From Thermodesulfobacteriota bacterium (GTDB taxonomy: Bacteria > Desulfobacterota > Desulfobacteria > Desulfobacterales > SURF-7): DNA of 64,000 nucleotides. Position numbers and translations under genes: made by a program. This document shows, one piece after another, positions 46,014 through 56,528 of this stretch (position 1 is its first letter; each line of letters starts with the position of its first letter). The stretch lies in contig JBMORA010000027.1 of NCBI GenBank assembly GCA_049320885.1, positions 32,001-96,000 of the forward strand, read 5' to 3'. The notes beneath the pieces are model-generated. The model made no database searches and had not been told where the DNA came from. It saw only the letters and a program-made list of their open reading frames with translations.

Positions 46014-47756
46014 ATGACCGGAAGAAACCCTTTTTTGCAGGAAACCTTCAAATCCAGACCGGAAAGATGGGAACCCGCCGGGGAAGAACCCATCGAATCC
46101 AGGCTTCGGATCGGCGCAACGGAAACCATCGGCCTGGAAGTGACCTGCATCTCGGAAACCGGCATGGAAGGCCGACCGGTTTTCAAGATCCCCGAATCCG
46201 TCCGCGGGAAGGAAATCACCGAAATCCAGATCCGCTGCAACGGCCACCGGCTGTCCTTCGGTCCGGGGAAATTCGCGCCGGGCGGCCTCCATTCGGCGGA
46301 CAGAACCGTCGGCATCTGTTTCGACGCCAACCAGTCGGACCAGCTTGCCCTCCTCAGGCCCCATCTGCGTCCGCGCAGCTATGTCACCCATGAACTCCGC
46401 GACGAGGTGCTGGAAGCCATGACCACTTCCATCAATGGCTTGAAGCACTCCCTGACCGACTTCTACCGCATCGACTCCCCGGATGTCTTCGAGAAATGCA
46501 ACCGCTTTTACGAAATGATCAAGGATCTGCAAAAAAACAAATATTATCAAGGTCTCTATCGCGTGACGCTGACCTCCGGCATCGGCCCCCGGATCACGGT
46601 ATTCAATCCCTCCCGCAGACGGGAGGAACCGATGATCTGCTATGATTCCAACAGCTATCTGGGCCTCCACCGTCATCCCCGGGTGCTCGCCGTCGTGGAC
46701 CGGACCCTGCGGGTGGCCGGATACGGCACCCCCAGTTCCCAGCTGCTGAGCGGCACGAACAAATACCTGCGGACCCTGGAGGAAACCGTCGCCGCCTTCC
46801 ACCAGCGGGAGGACTGCATCATCTTTCCCACCGGATACGCGGCCAATATCGGGGCCATTTCAGCGCTGATCCGGGACCGGGATCTGATCGTCCGGGACCG
46901 CTTCGCCCACAACAGCATCCGCAACGGGACGCTGTCCGCCCGTTCGCCCCATGTCGCCGTCTATCCCCACCAGGACTACGACTCCCTGGAGGAGATCCTC
47001 TCATCGGCCGGCGGCAATCCCGAAATCATCGGCAAAATGATCGTCACCGACGCGGTTTTCAGCATGCACGGCAGCGTCGCGGATCTGCCCAGACTTGCGG
47101 CGCTCTCCAAAAAACACAACGCCCGTTTGATGCTGGATGAGGCCCATTCCATCGGCGTGCTGGGGGAGACCGGGCATGGGATCGAGGAACACTACGGCAT
47201 GACCGGGGCGGTGGATGTGCTGATGGGAACCCTCAGCAAGACACCCGGCTCCCTGGGGGGCTATGTGGCCGGCTGCCGGGAACTGGTGACCTATCTGCGG
47301 CATTACGCCCAATCCGGCATGTTCACGACCTCCCTGCCCGCGGCGATCTGCGCGGGAGTGACCGAGGCGTTTCATGTCATGGAAGAAGAGCCCGAGCACC
47401 GGGAACGCCTCTGGAACAACATCCGCCGGCTCACCGCCGCCATCCATGACGCAGGGCTGCTGGTGTCCCCTCCCCGCAGCAGCATCATCACGGTTTCCGT
47501 GGGCGAGCTTGGCCTTCTGTGGCTGGTCAGCCAGGAGCTTTTTCAAGCCGGCATCAAGGCGGGCAGCGTCACCTACCCCGCGGTGGCCAGGGGGGAATCC
47601 ATACTCCGGCTCAGCGTCACCGCTCAGCATACGGCGGAAGACATCGATTACACGGCCGGGACCCTGAAGGCCATCGGCCGGAAATACGGCCTGTGCGGAA
47701 AAAGCCTCGCGGAACTCAACGAAATGTCCGAGCGGTACCGCCTGGGCGCCGATTAG
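46014..47756 (+). CDS. PLP-dependent alpha-oxoamine synthase (SPT/KBL/BioF family) with N-terminal extension
   Basis: SNSYLGL, TGYAAN, DAVFSMHG, DEAHSIGVLG, GTLSK (PLP lysine). Confidence 0.85.
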   Translation: MTGRNPFLQETFKSRPERWEPAGEEPIESRLRIGATETIGLEVTCISETGMEGRPVFKIPESVRGKEITEIQIRCNGHRLSFGPGKFAPGGLHSADRTVGICFDANQSDQLALLRPHLRPRSYVTHELRDEVLEAMTTSINGLKHSLTDFYRIDSPDVFEKCNRFYEMIKDLQKNKYYQGLYRVTLTSGIGPRITVFNPSRRREEPMICYDSNSYLGLHRHPRVLAVVDRTLRVAGYGTPSSQLLSGTNKYLRTLEETVAAFHQREDCIIFPTGYAANIGAISALIRDRDLIVRDRFAHNSIRNGTLSARSPHVAVYPHQDYDSLEEILSSAGGNPEIIGKMIVTDAVFSMHGSVADLPRLAALSKKHNARLMLDEAHSIGVLGETGHGIEEHYGMTGAVDVLMGTLSKTPGSLGGYVAGCRELVTYLRHYAQSGMFTTSLPAAICAGVTEAFHVMEEEPEHRERLWNNIRRLTAAIHDAGLLVSPPRSSIITVSVGELGLLWLVSQELFQAGIKAGSVTYPAVARGESILRLSVTAQHTAEDIDYTAGTLKAIGRKYGLCGKSLAELNEMSERYRLGAD

Positions 47757-49420
47757 AAGTCCGACAGATTCTGATAGAACATCACCGTCGCGGGGCTGGT
47801 GACATTGGGATCCGTGACCACGTTGATGCAGGCCGGCTTGCCGGAAGCCAGCGCGCGTTGGAGGGCTGGGGCCACGTCCTCGTCCCGGGTCACCAGTTCC
47901 CCGTATCCTCCCAGCCCCTCCACCATTTTTTCATAATGCCGCATACCCAGCTCCGCGCAGGTGCAGCGGTCGTGTCCGATGCTCATTTCCTGGGAATGCT
48001 TGATCATGCCCCAGGCGCAGTCGTTGTTGACCACGCAGATGATGGGAATGTTGTGGCGCACCGCCGTGTCGAACTCCATGCTGTTGAAACCGAAGGAACC
48101 GTCTCCGTTCAGCACCACCACCGGCTTGTCCGGATGGGCCAGCTTCGCGGCGATGGCAAAGGGAATGCCCGTCCCCAGGCAACCCAGAAGGGCGCCGGCC
48201 GGAACCTGAACCCCCGAAGGATGCCGCGACATGAAACCCGCCAGTCCGTAATAACTGGTGTCGCCGCCGTCGGCGACGTAAAAGGCGTCCTGCCCGAAAA
48301 CCTCCATGATGCGGGCCACCAGCCGGATGGGATGAATCGGATCCGACGGCGTCGAACGCTTTTCCAGCTCCGTGGTCATGAACGCCTGGTAGGCGTTGCG
48401 CAACCTGCCGATCCAATCCCCATGCTCCCGGGCCTCAACCCCGGCGAGCAGACGGCCGAGGACGTCGCCGCAGTCCCCCACCAGCCCCACGTCAGCGCTG
48501 CGGTTGCGGTCGATTTCCTGGGGATCGATGTCGATGCGGACGACCTTGGCCTGGGGAAACAACCTGCCGGATTGCAGCACCCAGTTGAAGCGGATGCCGG
48601 CGGCCACGATCACATCCGCCTGGGGCAGCCCGGTCATGACGCCCGTGAATCCGCCGTCGCTGATGGACAGCGGATGATCGTCCGGCAGGACCCCCCGGCC
48701 GTTGTTCAGGAGGCAGAAAGGCATGCCGGTTTTTTCCAGAAAGGCCCGGGCGGCATCCCCGCAATTGCTCATGCCCACGCCGCTGCCGCCGAGAAAGATC
48801 GGTTTCCGGGCGTTGTTGATGAGCTCCGTTGCCCGGCGCAATTCGGTTTCATCCGGATGGACGGCGGTTTTATGGCTCCGGCGCGGGGGGATGTTGACGC
48901 TCTCCGTATCCACCTGGACGAAGAGAATGTCCGGCGGCAGTTCCAGAAAAACCGGACCCGGCCTTCCGGTGGTGGCTTGGCGGAACGCCAGGGAGAGGTA
49001 TTCCGGAATGCGTCTGGTATCGAAGCAGGTGGCGTTCCATTTGGTGACCGGTTTGATCATGTCGATCTGGTTCATCTCCTGCAGCGCCCCGGTGAGATCG
49101 TCCCGCAACGGGTGACGGCCGCACAATACCACCAGGGGGGCATTGTCCAGGTAGGCGTTCACGATGCCCGTCAGGGCATTGGTGAATCCCGGACCGGCCG
49201 TCACCAGGCAGACGCCCGGCTCGCCTTTGTAGACCGACCAGGCGTGCGCCATCATGGCCGCCGCCTGCTCATGACGGACATCAATGGTGCGGATGCCGTA
49301 TTCGGTAAAACCGTCCAGAATGTTTTCGATGTGCCCGCCGGACAGGGTGAAGACCGTCCGCACGTTTTCGACTTCCTTCATGTACTTCGCCACCAGATGT
49401 CCGCCGTATATTTTTGCCAT
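47753..49420 (-). CDS. ThDP-dependent enzyme (acetolactate synthase-like/2-hydroxyacyl-CoA lyase family)
   Basis: RHEQAA, TAGPG, GALQE, GDGSFGF...NN ThDP motif. Confidence 0.88.
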   Translation of the reverse strand: MAKIYGGHLVAKYMKEVENVRTVFTLSGGHIENILDGFTEYGIRTIDVRHEQAAAMMAHAWSVYKGEPGVCLVTAGPGFTNALTGIVNAYLDNAPLVVLCGRHPLRDDLTGALQEMNQIDMIKPVTKWNATCFDTRRIPEYLSLAFRQATTGRPGPVFLELPPDILFVQVDTESVNIPPRRSHKTAVHPDETELRRATELINNARKPIFLGGSGVGMSNCGDAARAFLEKTGMPFCLLNNGRGVLPDDHPLSISDGGFTGVMTGLPQADVIVAAGIRFNWVLQSGRLFPQAKVVRIDIDPQEIDRNRSADVGLVGDCGDVLGRLLAGVEAREHGDWIGRLRNAYQAFMTTELEKRSTPSDPIHPIRLVARIMEVFGQDAFYVADGGDTSYYGLAGFMSRHPSGVQVPAGALLGCLGTGIPFAIAAKLAHPDKPVVVLNGDGSFGFNSMEFDTAVRHNIPIICVVNNDCAWGMIKHSQEMSIGHDRCTCAELGMRHYEKMVEGLGGYGELVTRDEDVAPALQRALASGKPACINVVTDPNVTSPATVMFYQNLSDF

Positions 49421-49457
49421 CCCGTCCTCCTTATGGTGTCAGCGCCTGCCTGTCTGC

Positions 49458-49814
49458 CTACAGCACCAGTTTGATCCCGTTTTCAAACCACTGGGCATAA
49501 ACGCTCATGCCCGCCACCTTCAATTTACCCTCCGCCGCGGCGTTGAAGGAGGCATCCGGCCGCTTGTCGGTCATGACGGAAAAACCGGTGGCGGCGTCTT
49601 TCCAGATCAACGCCACGTCGAATTCCCGGCAATCGCCGGCCGCGGACGAAACCCGGCCCCTGTTGAAAATGAACTGCCGGGCCCGCAGCCCGTCGGCGGT
49701 TTTGATCAGCACCCGGGCGTTGATCTTGGCAATGTATTTCCGGAAGGCCCGGTTGGTGATGGACGCCGTTTTCAACGCGACGAACAAAACAAACAACAGA
49801 AACGAAAAGCGCAT
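49458..49814 (-). CDS. Small SCP2-like hypothetical protein
   Basis: 118 aa ending in 'EGKLKVAG', as in sterol-carrier folds. Confidence 0.55.
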   Translation of the reverse strand: MRFSFLLFVLFVALKTASITNRAFRKYIAKINARVLIKTADGLRARQFIFNRGRVSSAAGDCREFDVALIWKDAATGFSVMTDKRPDASFNAAAEGKLKVAGMSVYAQWFENGIKLVL

Positions 49815-49852
49815 ACATTTCTCCTTCCCGCGACAGCCCTTGAACCCGGTCG

Positions 49853-51073
49853 CTAGGGAAAGGCCACCACGGTCTTCATGGCCTTGTGTCGCCCCTTGTT
49901 CAGATTGACCTCGATCATCCGCCGATATTCCTCCAGCCGGAACCGGTGGGTCACCAGTTTCTCCGCCCGGATTTTCCCGCTCCGCATGAGCTCGAGCGCG
50001 ATTTCGAACGCATGGGCTTCCCCGTTCCGCCAGACGTTCCGGCCGTAGGCATAGACCCCCTTGACGGTTTGCAGTTTCAGCCAGAGCGGCGTCAGATCCA
50101 GCCGGACATCTCCGCCGATGCCGACGACGCTGAGGGTCCCCATGGCCGACAGCAGCCGCATGGCCAGATTCAGGGTGGCGGCGCTGCCGACGGTGTCATA
50201 AATCCGGTGAAAACCGCCCATGAGAATTTCCTTCCCCAGCATGGGCTTGTAAACGGCGGCGCCCGTGACGCGCGCCGTCCTCTCATATACTGCCGCCGCG
50301 GGGATCAGGCCTTCGGCGCCGGCCTCCTCCGCCAACCGTCCGGCGAAGGGGGAAGGCTCGATGACGAATATCCGGCAGGCGGCCGACAGATTGCGAAGCG
50401 ACTGCACCATCAGATTGCCGATGACGCCGCCGCCGATGACCAGCACCGTCTCCCCGCCTTCCGGCTTGTTGTCCAACACCGCCTGCAGGGCCACGGCCAG
50501 CGGCTCGGTCATGACCGCCGCTTCCGGACTGAGCCCCGGCGGCACCGGGAACAACTGGCTCTTATGCGCCACGAGAAACGGCGCGAATCCGCCGTTCACC
50601 CCCCGGTTGATGCCCAGGAACATCCCCGGCGGCAGATCGCCGTCGGCGAAATGAGCGCAATTGCCGGACCGCCCCGCCCGGCAGGCCGGGCATGCGGGCG
50701 ATATTCCCCTGGTCTCGCAGCCCAGAATCGGATTCACCACCACCCGGTCGCCCGGTTGAAAGGCGCCGGCCCCGCTCCCTGCCTCCACGATTTCGCCGAC
50801 GATTTCATGCCCGGTGATGCAGGGAAACGAGGTGAAAGGGGAAGCGGTGGGCGAATCGTGCAACAGGATCAGGTTCAGGTCGCTGCCGCAGAAACCGCAA
50901 TAGCGCGTGCGGATCTTGACCCAGTCCGGTGACGGGAGAACCGGCTCCGGAATGTCCGCAAGACGGATGGTGGCCACGGGGCTGTTGTAAAAAACCGAAC
51001 GACCGAAAATCCCGCGAAGAATTTTGGCCGCGATAAAGCGGGGAACCGTCACATGGAATTGAAGCGCTTGCAT
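49853..51073 (-). CDS. Zinc-dependent alcohol dehydrogenase (MDR family)
   Basis: GFCGSD, GHEIVG, structural Cys cluster, IGGGVIG. Confidence 0.9.
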   Translation of the reverse strand: MQALQFHVTVPRFIAAKILRGIFGRSVFYNSPVATIRLADIPEPVLPSPDWVKIRTRYCGFCGSDLNLILLHDSPTASPFTSFPCITGHEIVGEIVEAGSGAGAFQPGDRVVVNPILGCETRGISPACPACRAGRSGNCAHFADGDLPPGMFLGINRGVNGGFAPFLVAHKSQLFPVPPGLSPEAAVMTEPLAVALQAVLDNKPEGGETVLVIGGGVIGNLMVQSLRNLSAACRIFVIEPSPFAGRLAEEAGAEGLIPAAAVYERTARVTGAAVYKPMLGKEILMGGFHRIYDTVGSAATLNLAMRLLSAMGTLSVVGIGGDVRLDLTPLWLKLQTVKGVYAYGRNVWRNGEAHAFEIALELMRSGKIRAEKLVTHRFRLEEYRRMIEVNLNKGRHKAMKTVVAFP

Positions 51074-51285
51074 GTTTCCTCCGTCCATCCATCGCCGGAA
51101 CAACGGCGCCGTCCTGTATTTACGAATTATTATTCATCTTGTCAATATTTTTTATTATATTATTTTTCATATAGTTATTGATTTTTTATGAACTTTTAAT
51201 CACATTATTATGATTGACAAACCGGACCGGACTCTGATACTCCCGGGGCATTGAAAAATCCTTCTCATTCAGGAGCGCATCCGTC

Positions 51286-51894
51286 ATGACAGCCGTACGG
51301 ACCCCGCGGCAACAGCGCGGGAAGGAAACCAAAAACCGGATCATCAAGGCGGCCTTTCACTTGTTCGCCCGCAAAGGCATCCACGGCACCAACTCCCGGG
51401 AAATCGCCGAAAAGGCCGGCGTATCCATCGGCAGTTTTTATTCCTACTTCAACAACAAAAAAACCCTGCTGCTGGAAATGCTGGAGGATTACACGGACCG
51501 CCATTACGCCAGGATATGGGACCAGATAGGCAGCTACGCCTTCGAGAGCCTGGGAAGACAGGACATCAAGACGATTATCGGGAATGTCTTCGCGGCCTAT
51601 GATATCTCGCCTGAATTTCACCGCCAGACCCACGCCCTGCGCTACTCGGATCCGGACATCAACCGCATTTACGACCGGGAGCGCAGGCGCGAGGTGAAAC
51701 AGATTAGCGCCATCCTGGAGAAAAACAGCGGACGCCTGCGGATTGCCGATACGGCAGCCGTCGCCGTCATCATTCAGAACGCCGTGGAAAACGTGGCCCA
51801 CACCGCCAGGTTCATCGGCACGGATATCGAAGACCACCGGCTGGTGGATGCCCTGGCCGATATGATTTACAGTTTCGTCATTGGTGACGAATGA
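51286..51894 (+). CDS. TetR/AcrR-family regulator
   Basis: RTPRQQRG...IAEKAGVSIGSFYSYF. Confidence 0.92.
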   Translation: MTAVRTPRQQRGKETKNRIIKAAFHLFARKGIHGTNSREIAEKAGVSIGSFYSYFNNKKTLLLEMLEDYTDRHYARIWDQIGSYAFESLGRQDIKTIIGNVFAAYDISPEFHRQTHALRYSDPDINRIYDRERRREVKQISAILEKNSGRLRIADTAAVAVIIQNAVENVAHTARFIGTDIEDHRLVDALADMIYSFVIGDE

Positions 51895-53177
51895 AACCGG
51901 GGCGGAATTTCCTGATCCCGCTGTTGCTGGCGATCCTGGAGGCGACATCGGCCGGAGCGGATGCGGATCTTGCCCGCTCCTACCTTTCCGGCAGGGAAAA
52001 CCAATCGCGGAAGGCTCCGCCTTCCCCCGGACTGCTTCGAAGTTATGAGGCCGGCGACAATGCGGCTCTCCCTCCGGACCTTGCCGATGTCGCGTTTGTT
52101 TACGACAATGCGCTCGTTCTTCTGGCCTGCATCCAGGACAAAAGCCCGGAAAGCAGGGCTCGCGCCGGAAACATCGCCGCCGCCTTCGTCCATGCCATGA
52201 CCCATGACCGCTATTTTCAGGACGGAAGACTGCGGAACGCCTATTCGGCCGAATGCCTGATCGATCCGCAAACCGGCAAGACCCGCCTTCCCGGATGGTG
52301 GGCGGACGGTGAAGCCCGATGGCGCGAGGACCGCTACCAGGCCGGCACCCACACCGGCAACATGGCCTGGGTGGTCATCGCCCTGTCCCAGTACCACCGC
52401 CGATTCGGCGGACGGCAGTACAAGGAGGCCGCCGTCCGGCTCGGAAACTGGATACATGCCCACACGAACGACAACGGCGACGGATATCGGGGGGGGTTCG
52501 AGGGCTGGGAGCCGGATCCGGAACGCCTTCCATGGAAATCAACCGAGCACAATATCGATGTCCACGCCGCGTTCACCTGGCTCCACCGGATCACCGGCGA
52601 CAACGCCTGGAAACAGCGGGCCGCCTCCGCCCGGCGGTTTGTGAACGCCATGTGGTCCGGAGACCATTTTCTCATCGGCACGAAACCGGACGGCAGAACC
52701 CCCGAAACCGGCAACCCCCCGCTGGATGCCCAGGCCTGGGCCGTGCTGGTTTTCGGCGGCCACGGGAAAGCCCTGGCGTGGGCCGAACGCAATTGCCTCG
52801 TCCGCCGAAACGGTCAGCTGGGATTTGACTTCAACACTTATCGAAATGGAATCTGGCACGAGGGAACCGCGCACATGGCCCTGGCCTATCGCGCCGTCCG
52901 GGCCTGCGACAAAGCCGCGCCGCTGCTGGATACGCTGCGGGCCGCCCAATCATGCGGCCCGCTGGGGGTTGGGAAAGGGATCGCGGCGGCAGCGCCGGAT
53001 CACATCGTGGATACCGGGCTCGGCTGGAGATACTTCCCCTTGCCGCATATCGGCGCCACCGCCTGGTATGTCCTTGCGGAAATGGGAATCAATCCGTTTC
53101 TCGGTTCCCGGCTGCCCTGTCCTCCGGCGGACGCTCCCGTCACGTCAGCACGCCGTATCGATCCTTGTACGCCTTGA
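51891..53177 (+). CDS. Exported hypothetical protein, glycoside hydrolase-like alpha/alpha barrel
   Basis: Signal peptide; YDNAL, TGNMAW, KSTEHNID, LDAQAW, WHEGT, HIGATAW. Confidence 0.6.
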   Translation: MKPGRNFLIPLLLAILEATSAGADADLARSYLSGRENQSRKAPPSPGLLRSYEAGDNAALPPDLADVAFVYDNALVLLACIQDKSPESRARAGNIAAAFVHAMTHDRYFQDGRLRNAYSAECLIDPQTGKTRLPGWWADGEARWREDRYQAGTHTGNMAWVVIALSQYHRRFGGRQYKEAAVRLGNWIHAHTNDNGDGYRGGFEGWEPDPERLPWKSTEHNIDVHAAFTWLHRITGDNAWKQRAASARRFVNAMWSGDHFLIGTKPDGRTPETGNPPLDAQAWAVLVFGGHGKALAWAERNCLVRRNGQLGFDFNTYRNGIWHEGTAHMALAYRAVRACDKAAPLLDTLRAAQSCGPLGVGKGIAAAAPDHIVDTGLGWRYFPLPHIGATAWYVLAEMGINPFLGSRLPCPPADAPVTSARRIDPCTP

Positions 53178-53670
53178 CCATCCGGGTCAATTCCGCCATG
53201 TCCACCATGGCGTTGGCGAGTTGCTCGTCGGTTTTACGCATCCGCTCCACCAGGACGCCGGCGATGCCCCTGTAGAGGATATAACAGAAGGCGATCTTGT
53301 CGTTGCCGGACAGCCGGCCGATATATTCGGTGTCGGTGGCCAGGCACACGGTTTCCTCCACCGCGTAGACCGAGGCGGACCGGTCGTTCTCGCTGATGGC
53401 GCCCATTTCCCCGAACAAATCCCCCCGGCGCCGCAGGAAAGAAAGGTCCTCCCCGTTCTTGGTGATCCGGACACTGCCGTTGATCAGGAAATAAATCCGG
53501 CGGTCGATCTCCCCCTCCTTGATGATCAGCTCCCCCGGCGCGTACTGCCGGATCTTGCTGACCCTAAGCAGCCCCTCCAAATCCTTGAGTTCGAATTCCT
53601 TCAGGACGGGAATGGACAACAGCTTTCTCAGGTTTTCCTCGTTGGCTTTCAACTGCCTCGATTCACGCAT
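53140..53670 (-). CDS. Cyclic nucleotide-binding domain protein
   Basis: IIKEGE, GDLFGEMG, RSASVYA. Confidence 0.88.
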   Translation of the reverse strand: MRESRQLKANEENLRKLLSIPVLKEFELKDLEGLLRVSKIRQYAPGELIIKEGEIDRRIYFLINGSVRITKNGEDLSFLRRRGDLFGEMGAISENDRSASVYAVEETVCLATDTEYIGRLSGNDKIAFCYILYRGIAGVLVERMRKTDEQLANAMVDMAELTRMVKAYKDRYGVLT

Positions 53671-53691
53671 GCCTTCCTCCGCCGAAAGGGT

Positions 53692-55344
53692 TCATTCCAT
53701 GAGTTGCGTCATGTTCAGCTTGACGGCCGTCCGGACCAGCTCGGGATCGAATTGCCTGCCGGCGTTCACCTCGAGTTCCCGGAGGGCGTCGGCCATGGAC
53801 ATCTTTTTCCGGTAGGTGCGCTCCGACGTCATGGCCACCAGGGCATCGACGATGGCAAAAACCCTGGCGCCCACGGGAATCCTGTCGCCGCTCAATCCAT
53901 TGGGATAACCGGTTCCGTCGTAGTGCTCATGATGATGCAGCAGCACTTCCCGTTCCTCGGCAAAAAAATTGAACAGCCCGGTCAGATCGGCCAGCATGCC
54001 GGGATGCGATTCGATTTCCGATCGTTCCGTATCCGTGAGATCCCCCTGTTTGTACAGAATCGAATCGGAGAGCAGGATCTTGAAGCAGTCATGAAACGTA
54101 ACCGCCCGCTTCAGCGAATCGATCAGGGATGGGGACAACCCGAGCTTGTCGCCGAAGAGGTTCAGGTATTGGGTTACCCTGCGGTTGTGATTGCGGAAGC
54201 GGTCGCCGCCCAGATCCCTCACCAGCAGCTCCAGGGATTCCAGGGATGCCTTTTTGGTTTTTTCCAGAATGGCGCTCAGGTTCTCCTTCAGATAGCGCAA
54301 ATCCTTCTGCCCGGCGGCCTTTTCACCCTGGCCCGCGACCCCTTCCGATCCTTTTTCCTGGTATATGGTCACCCGGTTGCGACCCTCGGCCTTGGCCTGG
54401 TACAACGCCTTGTCCGCCAGAGCGATCATGTCCCGGGGCCGCTCCGGCCGGTGCATGACAAGGGATGCGATGCCGATGCTGACGGTCACCGTTATCTTGC
54501 GATCGCCGTCACGATACACCCGTTCCTCGCTCCATTTCCGGATGGCCTCCCCCCGCGCCATGGCACCCTGGATGTCCGTATGGGGAAGCAGCAGCAGGAA
54601 TTCCTCGCCGCCGTACCGAAAGGCGTAGTCGGTGCGCCTGGTGAAGCGTGCCAGGCAACCGCCGAACTCCCTCAACACATAATCGCCGCAGGCATGGCCG
54701 CAATAATCGTTGATCTGCTTGAAGAAATCCAGGTCCATGAGCAAGCAGGAGAAATCGGTGCGATACCGTTTCGCGCGGGCGAATTCCTGGGAAATGATGT
54801 TCTGCAGATGATGGCGGTTGTAGAGCCCGGTGAGGCTGTCGCGAATCACCAGCTCGCTCAATTTCCTGTTTTGCTTCTCGATGATTTCCTTGGATTTGTT
54901 CAACTCCGCCAGTTTCTGGCGCAATTCGCTGCTGGCGCTTTCCAGATCCTTTTTCTGCCGGTGAAATGACAGAAACATGTTGACCTTGTTCCGCAGAATC
55001 GCCGGATTCAGGGGTTTGAACACATAATCCACCGCGCTTGAGTCGCAGCCTTGAAAATCGCCCTGGTCATGGTGATGGATGTCGGTGATGTAGATAATCG
55101 GCAGGCGGCCGGCGGCCTCGCTGCCGCCGACCATATCGGCGGTCCGGCAGTCATCCTTCTGGTTGGCCTGGGCATCCATCACCAGCATGGCGAAATCATG
55201 GGCCAGGCTCAGCATCATGGCTTCCTTTGCCGATGTCGCCTTCATGATGATCAGATCCGGGCGCCGCAGCATTTCCTCCAGAGCCGCCAATTGCTCCGGC
55301 CGCTCGTCCATCAACAGGATTTTGATTGTCTCGTTCGTCTGCAT
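53692..55344 (-). CDS. Receiver-GGDEF-HD-GYP protein
   Basis: N-terminal REC; DSLTGLYN...RYGGEEF; FHD...HHEHYDGTGYP. Confidence 0.9.
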   Translation of the reverse strand: MQTNETIKILLMDERPEQLAALEEMLRRPDLIIMKATSAKEAMMLSLAHDFAMLVMDAQANQKDDCRTADMVGGSEAAGRLPIIYITDIHHHDQGDFQGCDSSAVDYVFKPLNPAILRNKVNMFLSFHRQKKDLESASSELRQKLAELNKSKEIIEKQNRKLSELVIRDSLTGLYNRHHLQNIISQEFARAKRYRTDFSCLLMDLDFFKQINDYCGHACGDYVLREFGGCLARFTRRTDYAFRYGGEEFLLLLPHTDIQGAMARGEAIRKWSEERVYRDGDRKITVTVSIGIASLVMHRPERPRDMIALADKALYQAKAEGRNRVTIYQEKGSEGVAGQGEKAAGQKDLRYLKENLSAILEKTKKASLESLELLVRDLGGDRFRNHNRRVTQYLNLFGDKLGLSPSLIDSLKRAVTFHDCFKILLSDSILYKQGDLTDTERSEIESHPGMLADLTGLFNFFAEEREVLLHHHEHYDGTGYPNGLSGDRIPVGARVFAIVDALVAMTSERTYRKKMSMADALRELEVNAGRQFDPELVRTAVKLNMTQLME

Positions 55345-55451
55345 AGTTGGGGACCGATGAATTTGTTTCGGCGGAAGTCCTTCTGTTTATCAGCAGTACC
55401 GCATGAATGTCGGCTCCTCACCCGGAAGCATCCGCGCATTCGGTTGGTATC

Positions 55452-55766
55452 TTACGGGAATTCATCTTCCATGTCAATCGGTTGCAACGGTTTTGGTTGC
55501 CCTGGTTGCAGCAGTACCACGGTGGCCCCCCAGCCCCCGGAATCCGGCGCCGCATCCTGAAAAGAAACCACCAGCGGATGCTTCCCCAGCAGGTTTCGCA
55601 CCCGGTCTTTCAGCCGGCCGGTTCCCTTGCCATGAATCAGCCGGAGACGGGTTATGCCGCTGCCTGCGCACGCTTCCAGATATTCATGGAGCAGATCGGG
55701 AATTTCCTTCGGCGCAAAGGCATGCAGGTCGAGAACGTCTTCAATGGGAATATGAACCGGATCCAT
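55452..55766 (-). CDS. Smr/MutS2-domain protein
   Basis: LDLH, LIHGKGTG.L, GGWGATVV. Confidence 0.88.
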   Translation of the reverse strand: MDPVHIPIEDVLDLHAFAPKEIPDLLHEYLEACAGSGITRLRLIHGKGTGRLKDRVRNLLGKHPLVVSFQDAAPDSGGWGATVVLLQPGQPKPLQPIDMEDEFP

Positions 55767-55863
55767 TTGGCTGCTCTTGCAATTCTCCGACGGAATCGGT
55801 AAACAGGATGAACATGAAACGCGACGGACGTCATCTCCGCCAAATCGGGACACCCAACAGACG

Positions 55864-56499
55864 ATGAACACCTTCTTCTCCCCTGTCATGACCGCCGGCA
55901 TCCTGACGATCGGCGCCTATCTTTTGGGATCGATTCCCTGGGGGCTGATATTCACCAGGCTGTTCACCCGGAAGGATATCCGCCGGGAGGGCAGCGGCAA
56001 CATCGGCGCCACCAATGTACGCCGCACTGCGGGAACCCTTGCGGCCCTGCTGACGCTTGCCGGAGATGTCCTGAAGGGCGCGGTTCCCGTGCACCTGACC
56101 GGGCTTCTGGTTTTTCCGGAACCATTCCCCCGCGACGCGCTGACGGCCGCTGTTTCCCTGGCCGCTTTTCTCGGCCATCTCTACCCGGTTTTCCTCAAAT
56201 TCAGGACCGGCGGGAAAGGCGTGGCCACGGCCGCCGGTTGCTTCGCCGTCCTCTGCCCCCAGGCCCTGCTCGTCGCCCTTACGGTCTTTCTGGTTGCCGC
56301 CATTGCCAGCAACCATGTTTCCGTCGGATCCATCGCCGCCATGCTGATCCTGCCGGCGGCCGTCTGGCATGGAGGCGCCCCGCCCATGACCGTCATGCTC
56401 GCCGCGGTGATATCCGTGTGGGTCATTGACCGGCACCGGGACAACATCCGGCGTCTGCGGCACGGGACGGAATCGCGAATCTGGAACCGCCGCAGATAA
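55864..56499 (+). CDS. plsY: Glycerol-3-phosphate acyltransferase
   Basis: AYLLGSIP, GSGNIGATN, GGKGVAT, HRDNIRRL..G.E. Confidence 0.93.
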   Translation: MNTFFSPVMTAGILTIGAYLLGSIPWGLIFTRLFTRKDIRREGSGNIGATNVRRTAGTLAALLTLAGDVLKGAVPVHLTGLLVFPEPFPRDALTAAVSLAAFLGHLYPVFLKFRTGGKGVATAAGCFAVLCPQALLVALTVFLVAAIASNHVSVGSIAAMLILPAAVWHGGAPPMTVMLAAVISVWVIDRHRDNIRRLRHGTESRIWNRRR

Positions 56500-56528
56500 T
56501 CCGCACCTGCGTTGCGCGGACTACGGCT

